Source of the DNA: Haliotis rufescens
Lineage: Eukaryota
Direction of reading: 5' to 3'
NCBI RefSeq assembly: GCF_023055435.1
Contig: NW_025964001.1
Location: 29,078,001 to 29,142,000 of the forward strand
Length of the DNA stretch: 64,000 nt
Below the pieces are notes generated by a model, which saw nothing but the letters and a program-made list of their open reading frames with translations, was not told the DNA's origin and ran no database searches. This document shows positions 50,758 to 64,000 of this stretch, piece after piece. The position numbers and the translations under genes were made by a program. Position 1 is the first letter of the stretch. Each line of letters opens with the position of its first letter.

Positions 50758-51535
50758 GGGGAATTGGGGAGATACCTATTAAACATCCATGTTAAGTTAA
50801 GAATGGTATCATATTGGGGCAAATTAGTTCTATCAGAAACCAAATTATCAGGTATAGTGTACAAACTTATGTTCAAACTCCAAATTGCCCACCCAGAGTT
50901 TAAGTTCCCACTTGTAAATGAAATCCAACGTATTTTACAAAGTACAGGTCTGAATCACATTTGGCTGCCTCAGGAATTTCCCAGTGTACAATGGATAAAG
51001 GCTAAAGTCAAAACTGTCCTTATAGATCAATTTTTACAAAGCTGAAGGAGTAGTAAAGTGAATTTCTCAAAAGGACACTATTATAATTTGTATAAAGATA
51101 TCCTCTCAGTAGAAGACTACTTATTGTATTTACCTCATAATTTACGCATCTGGCTTACCAAAATCAGAACCACCATCCACCGACTCCCAATTGAAACTGG
51201 CCGATGGTATAACCTCAATGGGGAAGATAGGCTTTGCTCTCTCTGTAAAAATAAAATTGGTGATGAATTCCATTTTATACTAGAATGCCATGAATCGGAT
51301 CATTTAAGAAATAAATATCTCCCATTATATTATTGTAAATATCCAAATACTGAAAAATATGTTGCACTTATGACTTGTTCTTATAAACCTCTCCTCTTAC
51401 GACTAGCCCAGTATGTAAAATATGGACTGCGTATGCTCCACTAACTATTGTCTCATTTCTTTGTATATATGTCTCTCTTGTCAACTTCTTTATGTCACCT
51501 AGGTGATTCATTAGAAATAAACATCTTCATCTTAA
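50758..51535 (+). mobile_element. RTE-X-like LINE 3' fragment with in-frame stop
   Basis: GELGRY..RMVSYW...KIRTTIHRLPIETGRW..DRLCSLC..GDEFHFILEC. AATAAA followed by CATCTT repeats. Confidence 0.88.
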
Positions 51536-52455
51536 CTTTGCCTCATACAAACTGAACACTGAACAGTTCAACTATTTTGTTCCCAAATGTCCTTGGCATA
51601 ATCCTAATGCTTTTCGGAAACGCATTAGCAGCGATGTCATAGTGTTATACACCTCTTTTAATTGTTTCACTTTTTGTTCTGCTCAACATGTTACCCGAGC
51701 ACAGCTTGAAACTATTCCCTGATAGGATCAGAAGCCATCCTGTTTTAATTTCATAACATTTTATGTTCGTAACAGATGTACGAAATCAGCAATTATATTT
51801 TGTGCCATGTTTTCCGTTTGCGCAACTGTCTATGCCTGTTTCGAAATTAATAGTGGCTATATATGTTATAGAAATTATCCAGATTTGTATATCGGCACAT
51901 CGTTGTTGTCGGCGTATGATTTCACATGTTTCAGTTATTTTGCTTACATGTCATGTTTTTGAAACTGTGAGCGGAAATGTACCTTCTTAATTGCATATGT
52001 CTCATTCAGAATGCAACTTCCTATTTTTAAAATTCAACGCAGTCTCCAATGGTGGATTATAATCATGTTTAGTGATGCCGACAATTTCTTGGAGAACAAT
52101 AGTTAAAATTAAAAGCCCATATTAAAACTCTCTAACAGCTCCAACGGCTATATTTTGCAAAGCTGATGGGAAACAAAGCTGATTCATATAAGTGCCATTA
52201 TTCTTCTTTGTAATACAATTTATCTGCATTTACTTTTAATATCCGGATAAGCTTACAAGAATCAGAACCTTCATCTTCCGACTTCATATTCATGCCTTGA
52301 AACTGGTCAATCGAACAAAATTCAACAGGAACTAAGACTCGGTTCATTTTGTGAAAATACGGTTTCGGTGTCATTAATTTGATATTATAAGATAAATATT
52401 ATATATTCCATCAATATACTCCCAAAACAAATTAATCAGAAACGCCTCACTCTAG

Positions 52456-52602
52456 TGGGGTGGTCGTGTAGCCTGTGGTTAAAGCGTTCGCTCGTAACGC
52501 CGAAGACCCGGTTCGATTCCCGACATGGGTACAATGTGTGAAGCCCATTTCTGGTGTCCCCCGCCGTGATATTGCTGGAATATTGCTAAAACCATACTCA
52601 CT
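52456..52602 (+). mobile_element. SINE family 1
   Basis: A and B boxes, tail, flanking CTCTAG direct repeat. Confidence 0.92.
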
Positions 52603-54087
52603 CTCTAGAAATGTTTGTTTTGTAAGTAATTAAAAAAATGAATTGTTGAGAGTAAGATGTGTGACAACTTGAAACGGATTTGTCATGTGAAAGTAATCAC
52701 GGTGTTTTACCAATACCAAGTATAACAGTCCATTGTCGCTGTTGCGGGTGTTATGATAAAGGATACGTCATTCTAATTGTCTTGTTGTGTTATTGTTATT
52801 CTTGTAGTGACTAATTGGCAATACGTTTGCTTAGTTAAATCGTGACAGCTTTTGTTAACAGTACGGGGTAATAATGTTGTCGTAAGGCTTGAGGTATAAT
52901 TCGTTCTTTGTCATCACTGATTTTCAATGACCCATTCATATAATTTTCATCACCATTGTGCCTTTATCGCAAAATAGAACCTGCTCCAGCAGATATACGG
53001 GATGCGAGATTATTCTCTCGCGTTGACGTTTTGCATTTATTAGACAGGCATGTTCAGCATATCAATGTGAATATGACAGTGGCTCCAGTATATGAGCTGT
53101 ATCTTTGTTGTTAGTAATTTGTATGCATGCAAGTAATAGCTGATATGCTGAACAAATGTTTAGGTCAGGAGAGAATGTTTGTTTTCTACATATGACATAA
53201 TCGGACAAGCATATTAACATAATTATTGAAATGTAAGAAAATGCTTCTGTCCCACAAGAAGACCTTTTTTATGATAGAGACCCACGATGTGAAGTATATC
53301 TCATAACTTTCTTTTGATTGAATTATTCAGACAAGAAAAATGATAGGTCGTACATTTGGTAAAATATCATGCTCAAACATAGAGAAGACACTTAAAACAT
53401 AAATTCGAAGCTTAATTAAAGAATCTGCTAGATTTGAAACAAATATGAAACGTTTAGTTTGAAGAAACCTTTTCCAAATTACAAAGGTACAAAACATTTT
53501 GGAATTGATTACTGCTTTCAATTTTCACGAGACAGACGGCAGAATGGGCTGACAGAAAGAGCGCATGTTCAAATAATTAAACGTCACCAAATATTGACTA
53601 ACGGTATAATAGTGGTAACACTGAACTATTTGAATGCAATTACAATGCACATATCAGAAACTTATATTTGACACATCTAATGATCATTCAAATGGTGTCA
53701 TTGTCCTAATGCATTGAGCTAAATAAATCTTTTAAACATGATTGTTGTCTTATTGAAGATGGAGTGGTATTTAAATAAGTATTTTCTGGTTTACCAAAAC
53801 AGTATCACTTCTGTGGAAAATATACTACAAATATATTCAAAACTTAATAGTTACATAAAAGGCGTCCGATTTTAGTAATTCCCGTTTCATCAATGACGCG
53901 GGCAGATAAACATCAAAGCGCTACCGATTAATTATTGCCTATTTAGAGATGTTAAAACACACCATCGGACCACCAGACAGGCGGCTCCTTGGGGTTGCAA
54001 CATGTCATTTGTGCTAATCACCTTTACACAATGAAAGCTTTCACGTCGTTTTAACAGCTTCGTGTTTTCATACGGTATCATAGGAAA

Positions 54088-54190
54088 TGTCTGATTAGCT
54101 CGGTAAGCTAAACGATCTGATTGGATGTCTAAACGGGCTTACAGCACATTGTTTAAATACCCGTGATGTAACCGTGGATGGCATAGTTCC
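54088..54190 (+). promoter_or_regulatory. Core promoter of F: CTGATTAG/CTGATTGG, TTTAAATA, Inr-like TAGTT
   Basis: ATTGG at 54120, TTTAAATA at 54152. Nearly identical in G (60660-60760). Confidence 0.6.
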
Positions 54191-54200
54191 CTTCACAACC

Positions 54201-55207
54201 ATGCCGGACGTACCTAGCCACCCGCTTCAACCTCTGAGTATCGACACCAACATCACTTATGCCTTGGATATGTCCAAGTTCCCAGGTCTGGATGACCCAC
54301 AACATATGTACCAGCCTGCTCTGTTGATAGCCACTGACTGGAGCGACTATGTCTACCATGACGCACAGTGTGTCAAATATGACGCAAACAGTTGCTCAAG
54401 TTCCCATGAATCGGACAGTCTATTAGAAAATGATTTATACTCTCTTATAGGTATGTATATTGTCATTGTGATCTGTGTGACAGTATTAGTTTTAGCAATC
54501 ATAACGTGAAAGTAATGCACATGGAAGGGATTTTGTCGATTCTATTTACATTTGTTATGTGGCTCATGAAAATAATGCTATGTAAGTGAGACAGAGAAGG
54601 CCACATGGTCATACGACTTAGATTTATTTGTAGACGGCTAATATTTTCTAGTCCCATTTATCATATGGTGAGTATCTGCCTCACTGGTACGAAGATCTTG
54701 AACCATGATGTATCAATGACATGGTAACCAGATTAATAATGCTTTTTTGTGATCAGTTCTGTTGTTCATGTTACTGTTTTCTTTCCAGAATCCAGCCAGG
54801 AGTTCCTAACAGATGTCGACACCAGCAACATAATTGACGATCAAACTTTCCTGTCTCTTCTGGATGACGTCGTTGAAGACAGTGACGTGATCACCCCCAT
54901 TGACATCAGTCCAGGCACATCCAACACCATAACAGAATCTCTAGAAGACACCTGGGATTGTCTTGACGATGAAGTTCTTTTCCACACAGACGAAACAGAG
55001 CAGCACACCTGTGAATTTGTCTCAAAAGAACAGTTATCTCCCTTTGCATCATATATCAGGGGACAAAAACGACGCCGAAATGACGAGAGCATAAACGTGT
55101 CTGCTAACAAGAAATCGAAAATGGGGGATAGATCGTCTCTGCATATTCCAACCATGGTTACCGTTTGTTCTAGGTCTAATGGATGTGAACTCCAGAGGCA
55201 ATCATAG
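54201..55207 (+). CDS. Paralogue F, join(54201..54450, 54789..55207), ~222 aa
   Basis: ACCATG start. QPLSIDTNITYALDMSKFPGLDDPQHMYQPALLIATDWSDY. ATAG|GTATGT and TTCCAG|AA join in frame. Contains FLSLLDDVV, WDCLDDEVLF and RGQKRRR..KKSK. Confidence 0.9.
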
Positions 55208-58200
55208 CTGATAATTTCTTTTATTGCCTTTGAGCCCCATCGATCTCAGTGCTTGAACCTTTTGTCTACTCCACGTTACTTTGAATACTCAATATAGTGC
55301 ATACGTTTGTTCCAAGTGACCTATTGTTCTATTTGTACAGTACATACACAAAAGTATCTTTTACACAGATACATGATACCTACCATGTTTCGCATGTTTT
55401 GGCTTTTGATATTATCTACATCTGTTACTTATCTACACCCATATCTTCTGTTACATGATTAAACTTATATCAGTGAAGTACAGTTGTTTTTTGTTATTGA
55501 TGCTGGACAAAACATGATGTTTAATATGGCTCTGTTTTCAATACACATTGTAATGGTGTAATTCAAGTAAACGTTTAAACACTTGTTGACGATTAGACTC
55601 GTGTTGAAACTTCCAATAAGTTCAAAAGGACTAGTAGCCAACACAAAAACATTTTCAAAACATTTTCATAAGGTTTCATCAAAGCTTTTCGTTTTATTAA
55701 CGTTTTGGACATGTTTCACAACCATTCAATATGTTACTAAAATGTTTTATTATGTTATTCAAGAACATCAAGCTATAACATGGGCGAAACTATTAGAAAC
55801 ACTACAAATATGTTATGCCAGAACATATTTGATATTTCAAACATTGTGGACAAGTAAGGGAAACCAACCCATACGAATAAGCGTAACTGCGTCTCACAAT
55901 TATAATTAGCGCCATCGATGAACACTGTCTTGGATTGATAACGCCCTGGTATAACGATTTTACAACAGTTACAGTTAATCTGTGGACGAAGTGTCAAATG
56001 AAAATAGAGCTGATATGAGTAAGACAAAACTTTATATGATTTTGAGCGTGGGGTGGTTGATACATAGTACTTTGCCGTCACTATCCGGCCGCTATTGCAT
56101 TCGGCTTTTGGTTGCCTACCTACCACTGACACTTATTGGCATTTCTTCCGTATTATATCTGAAATTTATGATTTTACAGTACTATACTACTAACTTTGAT
56201 GTTTTTTGGAAATATGAGCAATTTCGAAGATTTCAGGTGATAGAAACGTTGTGAAATGGATTATATGGAAAATAATTACAAGACACATTCTTTAGAATTG
56301 GCACTAACTGAACTAAATATGGATCATCTGGTTCTTGTTTTTCTTTGCATGACTTCCCCGCGTGTATTTTCAAAAATTTAAATTGAAGCAACGTCTACAA
56401 TGTGTATTTATAATATTTCCCCCAAACAATCAATTCATCATTTTCGTTTTTCATGAAAACGAGGAAAAGTAAAACGAGTCGGGTGCTGTAACGTGTTTGC
56501 ATAAGTGGTCGCTCGCTAGTGAGTAGTCAAAAGCTATCACAATATATTTCCAGTGAGGTGGTCATCGTTTGTTGATTTTTAACATGAAAATATTAATCGC
56601 AAATGCTTTTGTAACAAGGAGATAGTTGTAGGCAACATAGGCTCCTAACACCAATGAAATATTCTTTAAAAAAAGATTGCAACCATATTCGTTCGGTTTT
56701 CGATAAACATGTTTTATCACTATATATTATATTGAATTTGATTTAGTTCTGTCAAAAACATGTTGGCCAAATAAAATTCATAGGCTTGATTCACTGTAAC
56801 TGTAAACTGTTCCGTGATGAAGGTGTCAATCGCAGCTTGTTACAATGCCCGTTTAGACAACAGAAGTCCCCAGTATCTCATGTTTGTAGTAAGGGGCGAC
56901 AAGCTGACGTGTTTGATTTGTTGTCTTCGTACCCGAATTCGTGGGATGTGGTTCATAATATCAGTCACTGGTTTGCCCTGCCAAGGTTCCATTATTTCAT
57001 AAAGCCGGGGTATTGTGTGGAACAATTACGTTCGAATTGTCTAAGATATGGTTCTTAATTTACATTACTTCTCTGTCGACTGATATATTTCCGACGTTAT
57101 TCAAGTGGACATTAAATTCGCACTAAAGTGTTCCCCCCAAAAATCATGCAATTATACCAGTTATTTCATCTTTGGATTAACTATATGCTTACTGATTACA
57201 GTTAAAGTTATGACTTTGTTATAACGTGGAACATTGTTGTTTTCGCTGCGGCAAGAGGGAAAAAGGAGACACGAGCATTCCAGTGGATACAAAATGACAT
57301 TTCGGATGTACTGGTGAAAACGCCAAAGACACACGTGAATGTGAATTATGTGAACACATGTGCACAAACTGTTGTTAAATACCATGTTATATAAACAAGT
57401 ATCTGTTGATGTCAGGTTTTGGCTGTAAATAAATGTTAAAATTGGATTTGTATCTGCACTCAACCGCTGATCATCAAGTGGATGGGTGTGGGGGTGGGGG
57501 TGGGTTTCCTGCTTGTACCACATTTTGCATTCCAGTGTAACTCGTGATGCTATTATAGTGACCACATCAAGCATTCAGTTCATCAAACACTTACATATAC
57601 ATCGTTGTTATAATACCGATAAAACTACAATTGAATATTATACTAAATATTTTATGCATCTGCTCAAAGCATTATCAATTGTTTTTTATTTCAGAAAGGT
57701 GGATAAAAATCAAAACCAAAGAATGAAGATTCTGCTGAAATCAACAATCAAAAGGTCTTTTTCTAAAGATATCAACATCTCCACAGACCTGTGTCTTGAA
57801 GTTTTTTGTTGAACGCTCACATGACCATTCTTAATTTCTTTCATGCAGTACAAGCTTAAAGTGTATACAGTATCCGACTCTTTGTCAGATGTATATTGTT
57901 AGTTGGTGTTTTACGTTTTGAACATTGGCAACAAAACACCAACTAACTGTTAACTGGGCTATTCCGTTTTCAAAACATTTTTGAGACGTTATAACCACAT
58001 GTTGCAGGATATGTTGCTGAAACGTTTCTGCAACCATACAAATTCACGTGAATGAAACATTATTTAAAACATTCCGGAACATTTCGTGATTTCGTGTTTT
58101 TATAACATTGTGGTGTTAACCGGGCTGTGACGTAAGGTGCATTGCAAATTTGAACACAGATGCAAAGAAGTAGTACGTATATATATATATAAAACAATAT

Positions 58201-60771
58201 GTATATATATATATGTAAACTGAACTGAACTGTTATAAAGGAATCTCGAAAGTTATGGACCTGCTCAAGACCTGCCCCCTTCCATGTTGACTGGAGTCGT
58301 GTCTTGAAAGCCAAAGGCAGTTTTGTTCTTGAATACTTTGGGTCAGTTGCACATTAGCTCATTTGTGTCACCACAGAGTTAAAATGAGAATATGCATTCT
58401 ATGTCTCAACCGGATGCTTCCCACATTACTCCGTAACAAACGCTGCACCATGTCGAATGCATATTTTGAGGCAAGGTATCTATATCGGCTTATCCGTTTG
58501 CCAATTCTTTCTTTTCAGTTGTTGTACCATCTTTACATTTTAAAATAAGATACTGTTTATACAAAGCGCACATTTCCGGCGAAAATGTTGTGAAATATAT
58601 TGCAGTAAACAAGGTGATCACAAAAACCTCATTTTGAAGGGAGTGATAATATGTGTGACAATGTGAAACGCATTTGTGATGTGAAAGTAATCACGGTGTG
58701 TCACCAATACCGAACATAAACAGTCCATTGTCACTGTTACGAGTGTTGTGATAAAGGATACGTCATTCTAATTGTCTTCTTTTTGTCTTGCTGTGTTATT
58801 GTTATTCTTGTGGAACCAGCTGTAGTGACTGATCAGCAATACGTTTGCTCAGTGAAATCATGACAGCTATTGTCACCAGCACGGGGTACTTGCCTGTAAT
58901 CTTCTTTTCGTAAGGGAATATCAATTTGAATATGACAGTGACTCCATTGAATGAGATGCTTCTTTTTTGATAGTTGTGTGTAGAAGTGTGATTTAATTAA
59001 AGTGATGGTTGATATTCTTGCTGAACAAATGTGTCCCCAGGAATATAGTTTACATTAGCGATAAAAGAATATATCAAATATGACGTTGTTTTGTCATGAT
59101 GTCAGAAGTTGATGGCAATGCATTAATATAATTATTTGTAAACTATTCTGCTATGTACAGAATCTCACATCTAACATATACATACAAGGTATTTACAGAG
59201 CCAAAAAGACAATCTTGTGTGATGACTTCACCATTGAAGTATGCTACAAAAATCTTCTTACACTAAAGACCCACAATGTACAATATCTAAGAATATATAC
59301 AAATAGAGATAATAAAATAGACAACCGTGAAATAAAGAACAAAGCAGAGGATTATTCATAAAAAGACTCGGGAAGCGTCCCTCGTCTTGTCATATAGGTA
59401 TACACATTATCTGGTATAAACTTAGTAATTTAGTATTGCACTTAAGAGGTGAAACAATTTGTGAAATAAAGATGTACCCCTGATATACCTTGTTTTGTTC
59501 TTGTAGGCATTACGTCATGGCGCGTGAAGTTATTTGTTTGTTTCTTTGTATAATGCAGACAATGGAAATGATAGGTTTGTCAATCGAAATTGAATACTGT
59601 ATCATACTCAAAGTAAGTGAGGAGTTTTTAGACATATGTTCACAACCAAATTTAGGCATATGTTCGATTTGAAACTAACACGAAAAGATTATTTAAGAAA
59701 TCTAGTTTCAAAATGACAGAGGTAAAACATAATTTTTGATTTTCATTGCTATGTTCAATTGGAGAGACGGACAAAACAATTTGTTTCATAAAATAAAAGT
59801 TATATATACAGATAAGAGCACATATTCAAATAATTAAAACGTACTATTTGATAGTGATTCATAAACACATGCTCATGATATAGTAGGAATTGTACTTTCG
59901 ATGTTTTGGGCAGAGATTGCTTATGAATATGGAAAAGGTTTTGTCGCTTTTATTTGCAAAATAGCCAAATATTGACATTCGGGTTATTGTAAGACTTGTA
60001 ATACATCAATATTAGAAAATGATAATGTTATTAGAATGCAGATACAAATATAAAACGCCAAACTCAGAGAATAAATAACAAGTCTCGATAATCCAACGAA
60101 ACAGATTCCATTAGCCGCAAAAAACAAAAGTGAGGTGAACATTATTTGAAGTGATCACTGATGACTGACGACACTAGGTGTTCGCGAAAGGGTAATATTT
60201 GCCACATTTAACCTGTCGGAGTATTCAAATTGTGTCATTATATTAATGTATTGAGTTAAAGATTTGTGTGTACATCTTTGACGTTACATGGCATTATATC
60301 ATGGAATGATATTTAAATAAGCAATTTCTGAATTACTGGTTTGTATATCCTGTTTAACTTTGGGGTTATATTCAAAAGGTAAGTAGTTACAAAATCTATT
60401 TCACTCAAAGACTAGGGAACGTGGCGATATATGCAGTAATTAATGTGTAAGCGATGACGCAGGCAGACAAACATCAAAGCGCTGCCGATCAATTATTGCC
60501 TATTTAGAGATGTTAAAACACACCATCAGACCACCAGACAAGCGACGCCTTGGGGTTGACGCGCATTGCAACGTGTCATTTGTGCTAATCACCTTTACAC
60601 AATAAAAGCTTTCACGCCGTTTTAACAGCTTCGTGTTTTCATACGGTATCACAGGAAATGTCTGATTAGCTCGATAAGCTAAACGATCTGATTGGATGTC
60701 CAAACGCGCTTACAGCACATGGTTTAAATACCAATGATGTAACCGTGGATGGCATAGTTCCCTTCACAACC

Positions 60772-61591
60772 ATGCTGGACGTACCTAACCACCCGCTTCA
60801 ACCTCTGAGTATCGACACCAACATCACTTATGCCTTGGATTTGTCCAAGTTCCCAGGTCTGGATGACCCACAACATATGTACCAGCCTGCTCTGTTGATA
60901 GCCACTGACTGGAGCGACTACGTCTACCATGACGCACATTGTGTCAAATATGACGCAGAGGATTCAGCAACTTCGGACAACTTAGACGATTTATTTGTAG
61001 ACGACTTACATTTCTTAATTGGTACGTATTATATTAACATCAGTCTATATCACTAATATCTGCCTATGCAGCTGTTAATCTATTATTGATTTTGGAAAAT
61101 TTTAACCTGATTAATAATACTTTGTTGTGAGCAGTTGTTCATGTTGCTGTTTTCTGTCCCCAGAATCAAGCGAGGCGTTCTTCACAGATGTCAGCAGCAG
61201 CAACATCATTGACGATCAAACTTTCCAGACTCTTTTGGATGACGTCATTGCAGACAGAGACGTCATCGCGGCCATTGACATCGATCCTGGCACTCTAAGC
61301 AACATAACGGAACCTCTAGAAAACATCTGGGATTGCCTTGATGATGAAGTTCTTTTCCACACAGACAAAACAGAGCAGCACACATGTCACGACGCAGTAT
61401 TTGTCTCAAAAGAACAATTACCTCCCTTTGTGTCATGTATCAGGGGACAAAAACGACGCCGAAATGACGAGAGCGAAAACGAGGTTGCCAACAAGAAATC
61501 GAAAAAGGCGGATATATCGTCTCTGCATATTCCAACAATAGTTTCAGTTTGTTCAAGGTCAAATGGGTGTGAACTCCAGAGGCAATCATAG
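60772..61591 (+). CDS. Paralogue G, join(60772..61021, 61164..61591), ~225 aa
   Basis: ACCATG start. QPLSIDTNITYALDLSKFPGLDDPQHMYQPALLIATDWSDY. ATTG|GTACGT and CCCCAG|AA join in frame. Contains FQTLLDDVI and RGQKRRR..KKSK; ends SNGCELQRQS*. Confidence 0.9.
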
Positions 61592-63319
61592 TAGAGAATT
61601 TCTTAAATATCTTATTTTGTGCCCAATCAATCTCAGTGCTTTGACATTTTGTTGACTTCGAATTACTTGGAAAACTCCATATAGTGCATTTGTACCAAGT
61701 GACCTATAGTTCTATTTGTATTATACATGTGTATGAAACACTATTATTATATACAAACATTCAATGACCATTACACTATTTTGCGCACTTAGTGCCATTT
61801 TATATTGATATTATTTACATCTGTTATTTATCTACAATGTTCTGTTACCTGATTAAACTTGAATGAGTGAAATACGCCGTTCTTTTATTGATGCTGGACA
61901 AAACGTTGAAAAGGGTTACTCTGACGCTTATGCCAACATGGAAGTTTGGACTGGGAATTGTTTTGTGTTTACGGACAATTTACCTTCTGACTTCTATGTT
62001 GCCTGGATGCCCATATGACTGTTGTTGGTCCCAGTGTGCAGGAACAGCATATGAAGGAAACAATCATGCACTATACCTATGGGACACTCTTCTGCAGTGG
62101 TAACATTCAGACAGAGCGGTACTTCATGCAGGAAACATCCAATAATCATACGGGGTCATAACTGATACGGTTTGATATGCTTTTACTACAGGTTAGAATT
62201 TCAATGCTACCCGTGGTGATATCGAATGTATTGAATGCATTGTCTTGCTGTGGAATTCATTGAAACACTACAATCCTCCAATGTGTAAATTATTTGGCTG
62301 ACAAATAATCCATACAGTCTTATCAAAACACAATGTGTTGTAAATAATTCTGGTCGGACACTCGTTGAATGAACATTGAATGAATGCCAAGCGGATTAAT
62401 CCTTAAAACACTACTTTGTCAAAACCTTATACATCCTTCTGTTTAATTTATAGCTCACGTTATCTAACAATTGATCCCATTCACGATAAACCCGTATTGA
62501 TAGACTTGTCGCTTCCTTGGCGAATAGTTTTAATCAAGGGATTAGTCCAGGGCCCCAAGCAATCTTTCACCAGATTGAAATAGTGTTAGCCCTTCATAGA
62601 ATTACTTTCCTTGTTTCCATTAGAACGGCCATACCTGTTAATTGCGTGTCTTAAAGGAAAACAAAGGTTCATCAAGTGCTAAAGGTTTGAGCAATGCTTT
62701 AATGATTTCTTTTCTTTAGAGCACTTACTGCAGAAGCTTTGTATAGATTGTAATCTATGAATGCAAAATTGGAGGTATTGTCAATTCTTTAATAGAATGG
62801 TTTTCCAAATCATTTTCTGGTAATGACTGTGGTGTCTTATCAAAATAGTATTTACACTAGATGTACGCTGGAAGTTACCTTTATGTTTCGTGATTATTAA
62901 TAATCTGTAAAATCTCTATGGATTACGTACATTATATGTATATCTACCTCATAGTCCTTATGGCCGGGTATTGTATTCATTTTGTGAATTTTATATCAGT
63001 CTTTAATACGTGACACAGTAATGAAATTATTTTCTCCTTCTTGCTATGGGCCACCGTAGTCATGGTTGAATGTCAGTTCTTGAGTATATTCATATTCGAG
63101 GAAGAACACTGACGTAATAATCTTCAAATAATATAAAAATATAAAAATGAAATCTGAATTATTCAGCCTTATGGGTTTCTATGTAATACTGTATACTCTT
63201 ACTTAACACTTACAAGTACATAATACCAATTAGATTGAAATTTGAGTCTGTGCTGTATTTTAGTACCTTTGGTGTGTTTTATATCTAGTATTCAACGTGT
63301 ATGACTCATTCTTGTTATA

Positions 63320-63457
63320 AGTGTGATAGCCTCGTGGTTGAACCGTTCGCTCGACACGCCGAAGACCTGGGTTCGATTCACCATTCCTGGTCACCCGCCG
63401 TGATGTTGCTGGAATACTGCGAAAGGCGGCGTAAAATACAATTAACTAATTCATTCA
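63320..63457 (+). mobile_element. SINE family 1, degenerate with internal deletion
   Basis: TAGCCTCGTGG, GGTTCGATTC, tail GTGATGTTGCTGGAATACTGC..GGCGGCGTAAA. Confidence 0.85.
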
Positions 63458-64000
63458 TAGATATAGATAAGATGTTTTATTGGGACGGTGCCCTTACGCT
63501 TTATCAATTACCGTCAATATCGGTGTATATGTAAATGTACATTATCTGCTTCAAAGGTTTCACGTTTTAATTCATAGAAAATATTTGAAATTGCTTCTTT
63601 CATTATTATCACCAACATTTTTTTTTATACCAGGATAAAATGCATATTGTATATACAAATTCGTGCATTGTTGAGAATGACGCATGCAGTATAGTAATGT
63701 TGCTATGACCTTACATTGTAATCATAACTACTTCTGGAATCACGTAATATAGGCTGTTTACGTACATCTTATCTTAAGAGTGTGTTTTATCATACACCTG
63801 TAGATATCACCATTTTAAATAACCATTGTAACTTACCACTTTTAGGAAGCATGTGCTTCAAAATGTTTATGCGTAGAAAATTATTTTATGTATAATGTAA
63901 CAATATATTTAACTGTTTATCTTATCATTTACATTCTTAATATTTATATTCCTAAACTGTGACTATGATTATAATATTATGTATAATTTTATCTCATTTT

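Larger units (their letters stand above)
52645..61910 (+). repeat. Tandem segmental duplication carrying genes F and G (about 52645-55520 vs 58650-61905)
   Basis: Alignable upstream blocks (52645-52870 vs 58650-58890; 53893-54200 vs 60453-60771), intron 3' end, exon 2 and 3' UTR. Confidence 0.85.

Noticed and set aside
57899-57946. 14-bp perfect inverted repeat as a terminator or miRNA hairpin
   Set aside because: Short stem with a long unpaired loop, in what looks like decayed repeat sequence; no further support.

Overview
AT-rich, repeat-laden animal genomic DNA with GT-AG introns and two scaffold gaps. The SINE, LINE and Penelope repertoire looks molluscan, possibly gastropod or abalone-like; this is an inference. 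The only intact host genes I can support are seven paralogues (called A-G here) of one family that I do not recognise. A and B lie on the minus strand and C-G on the plus strand. Each has two coding exons and a phase-1 intron at an equivalent position (exon 2 of A is outside the window). All start with an indel-free ~42-aa module, VPxxLxQPLxIDTxxxYxLDMSKFPGLDDPxxxxxPALL[IV]. This is followed by acidic amphipathic helices and, in the six complete copies, a bipartite NLS, with no recognisable DNA-binding or enzymatic domain. That layout suggests small nuclear transcriptional cofactors (inference). The cluster also shows signs of gene conversion (a 79-nt block identical in four copies, and one mosaic copy), conserved upstream elements, CCAAT/TATA promoters and candidate miR-96/183 sites. 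The rest is SINEs of three families, 5'-truncated LINEs, decayed Penelope-like elements, a TTAA-target MITE and microsatellites.
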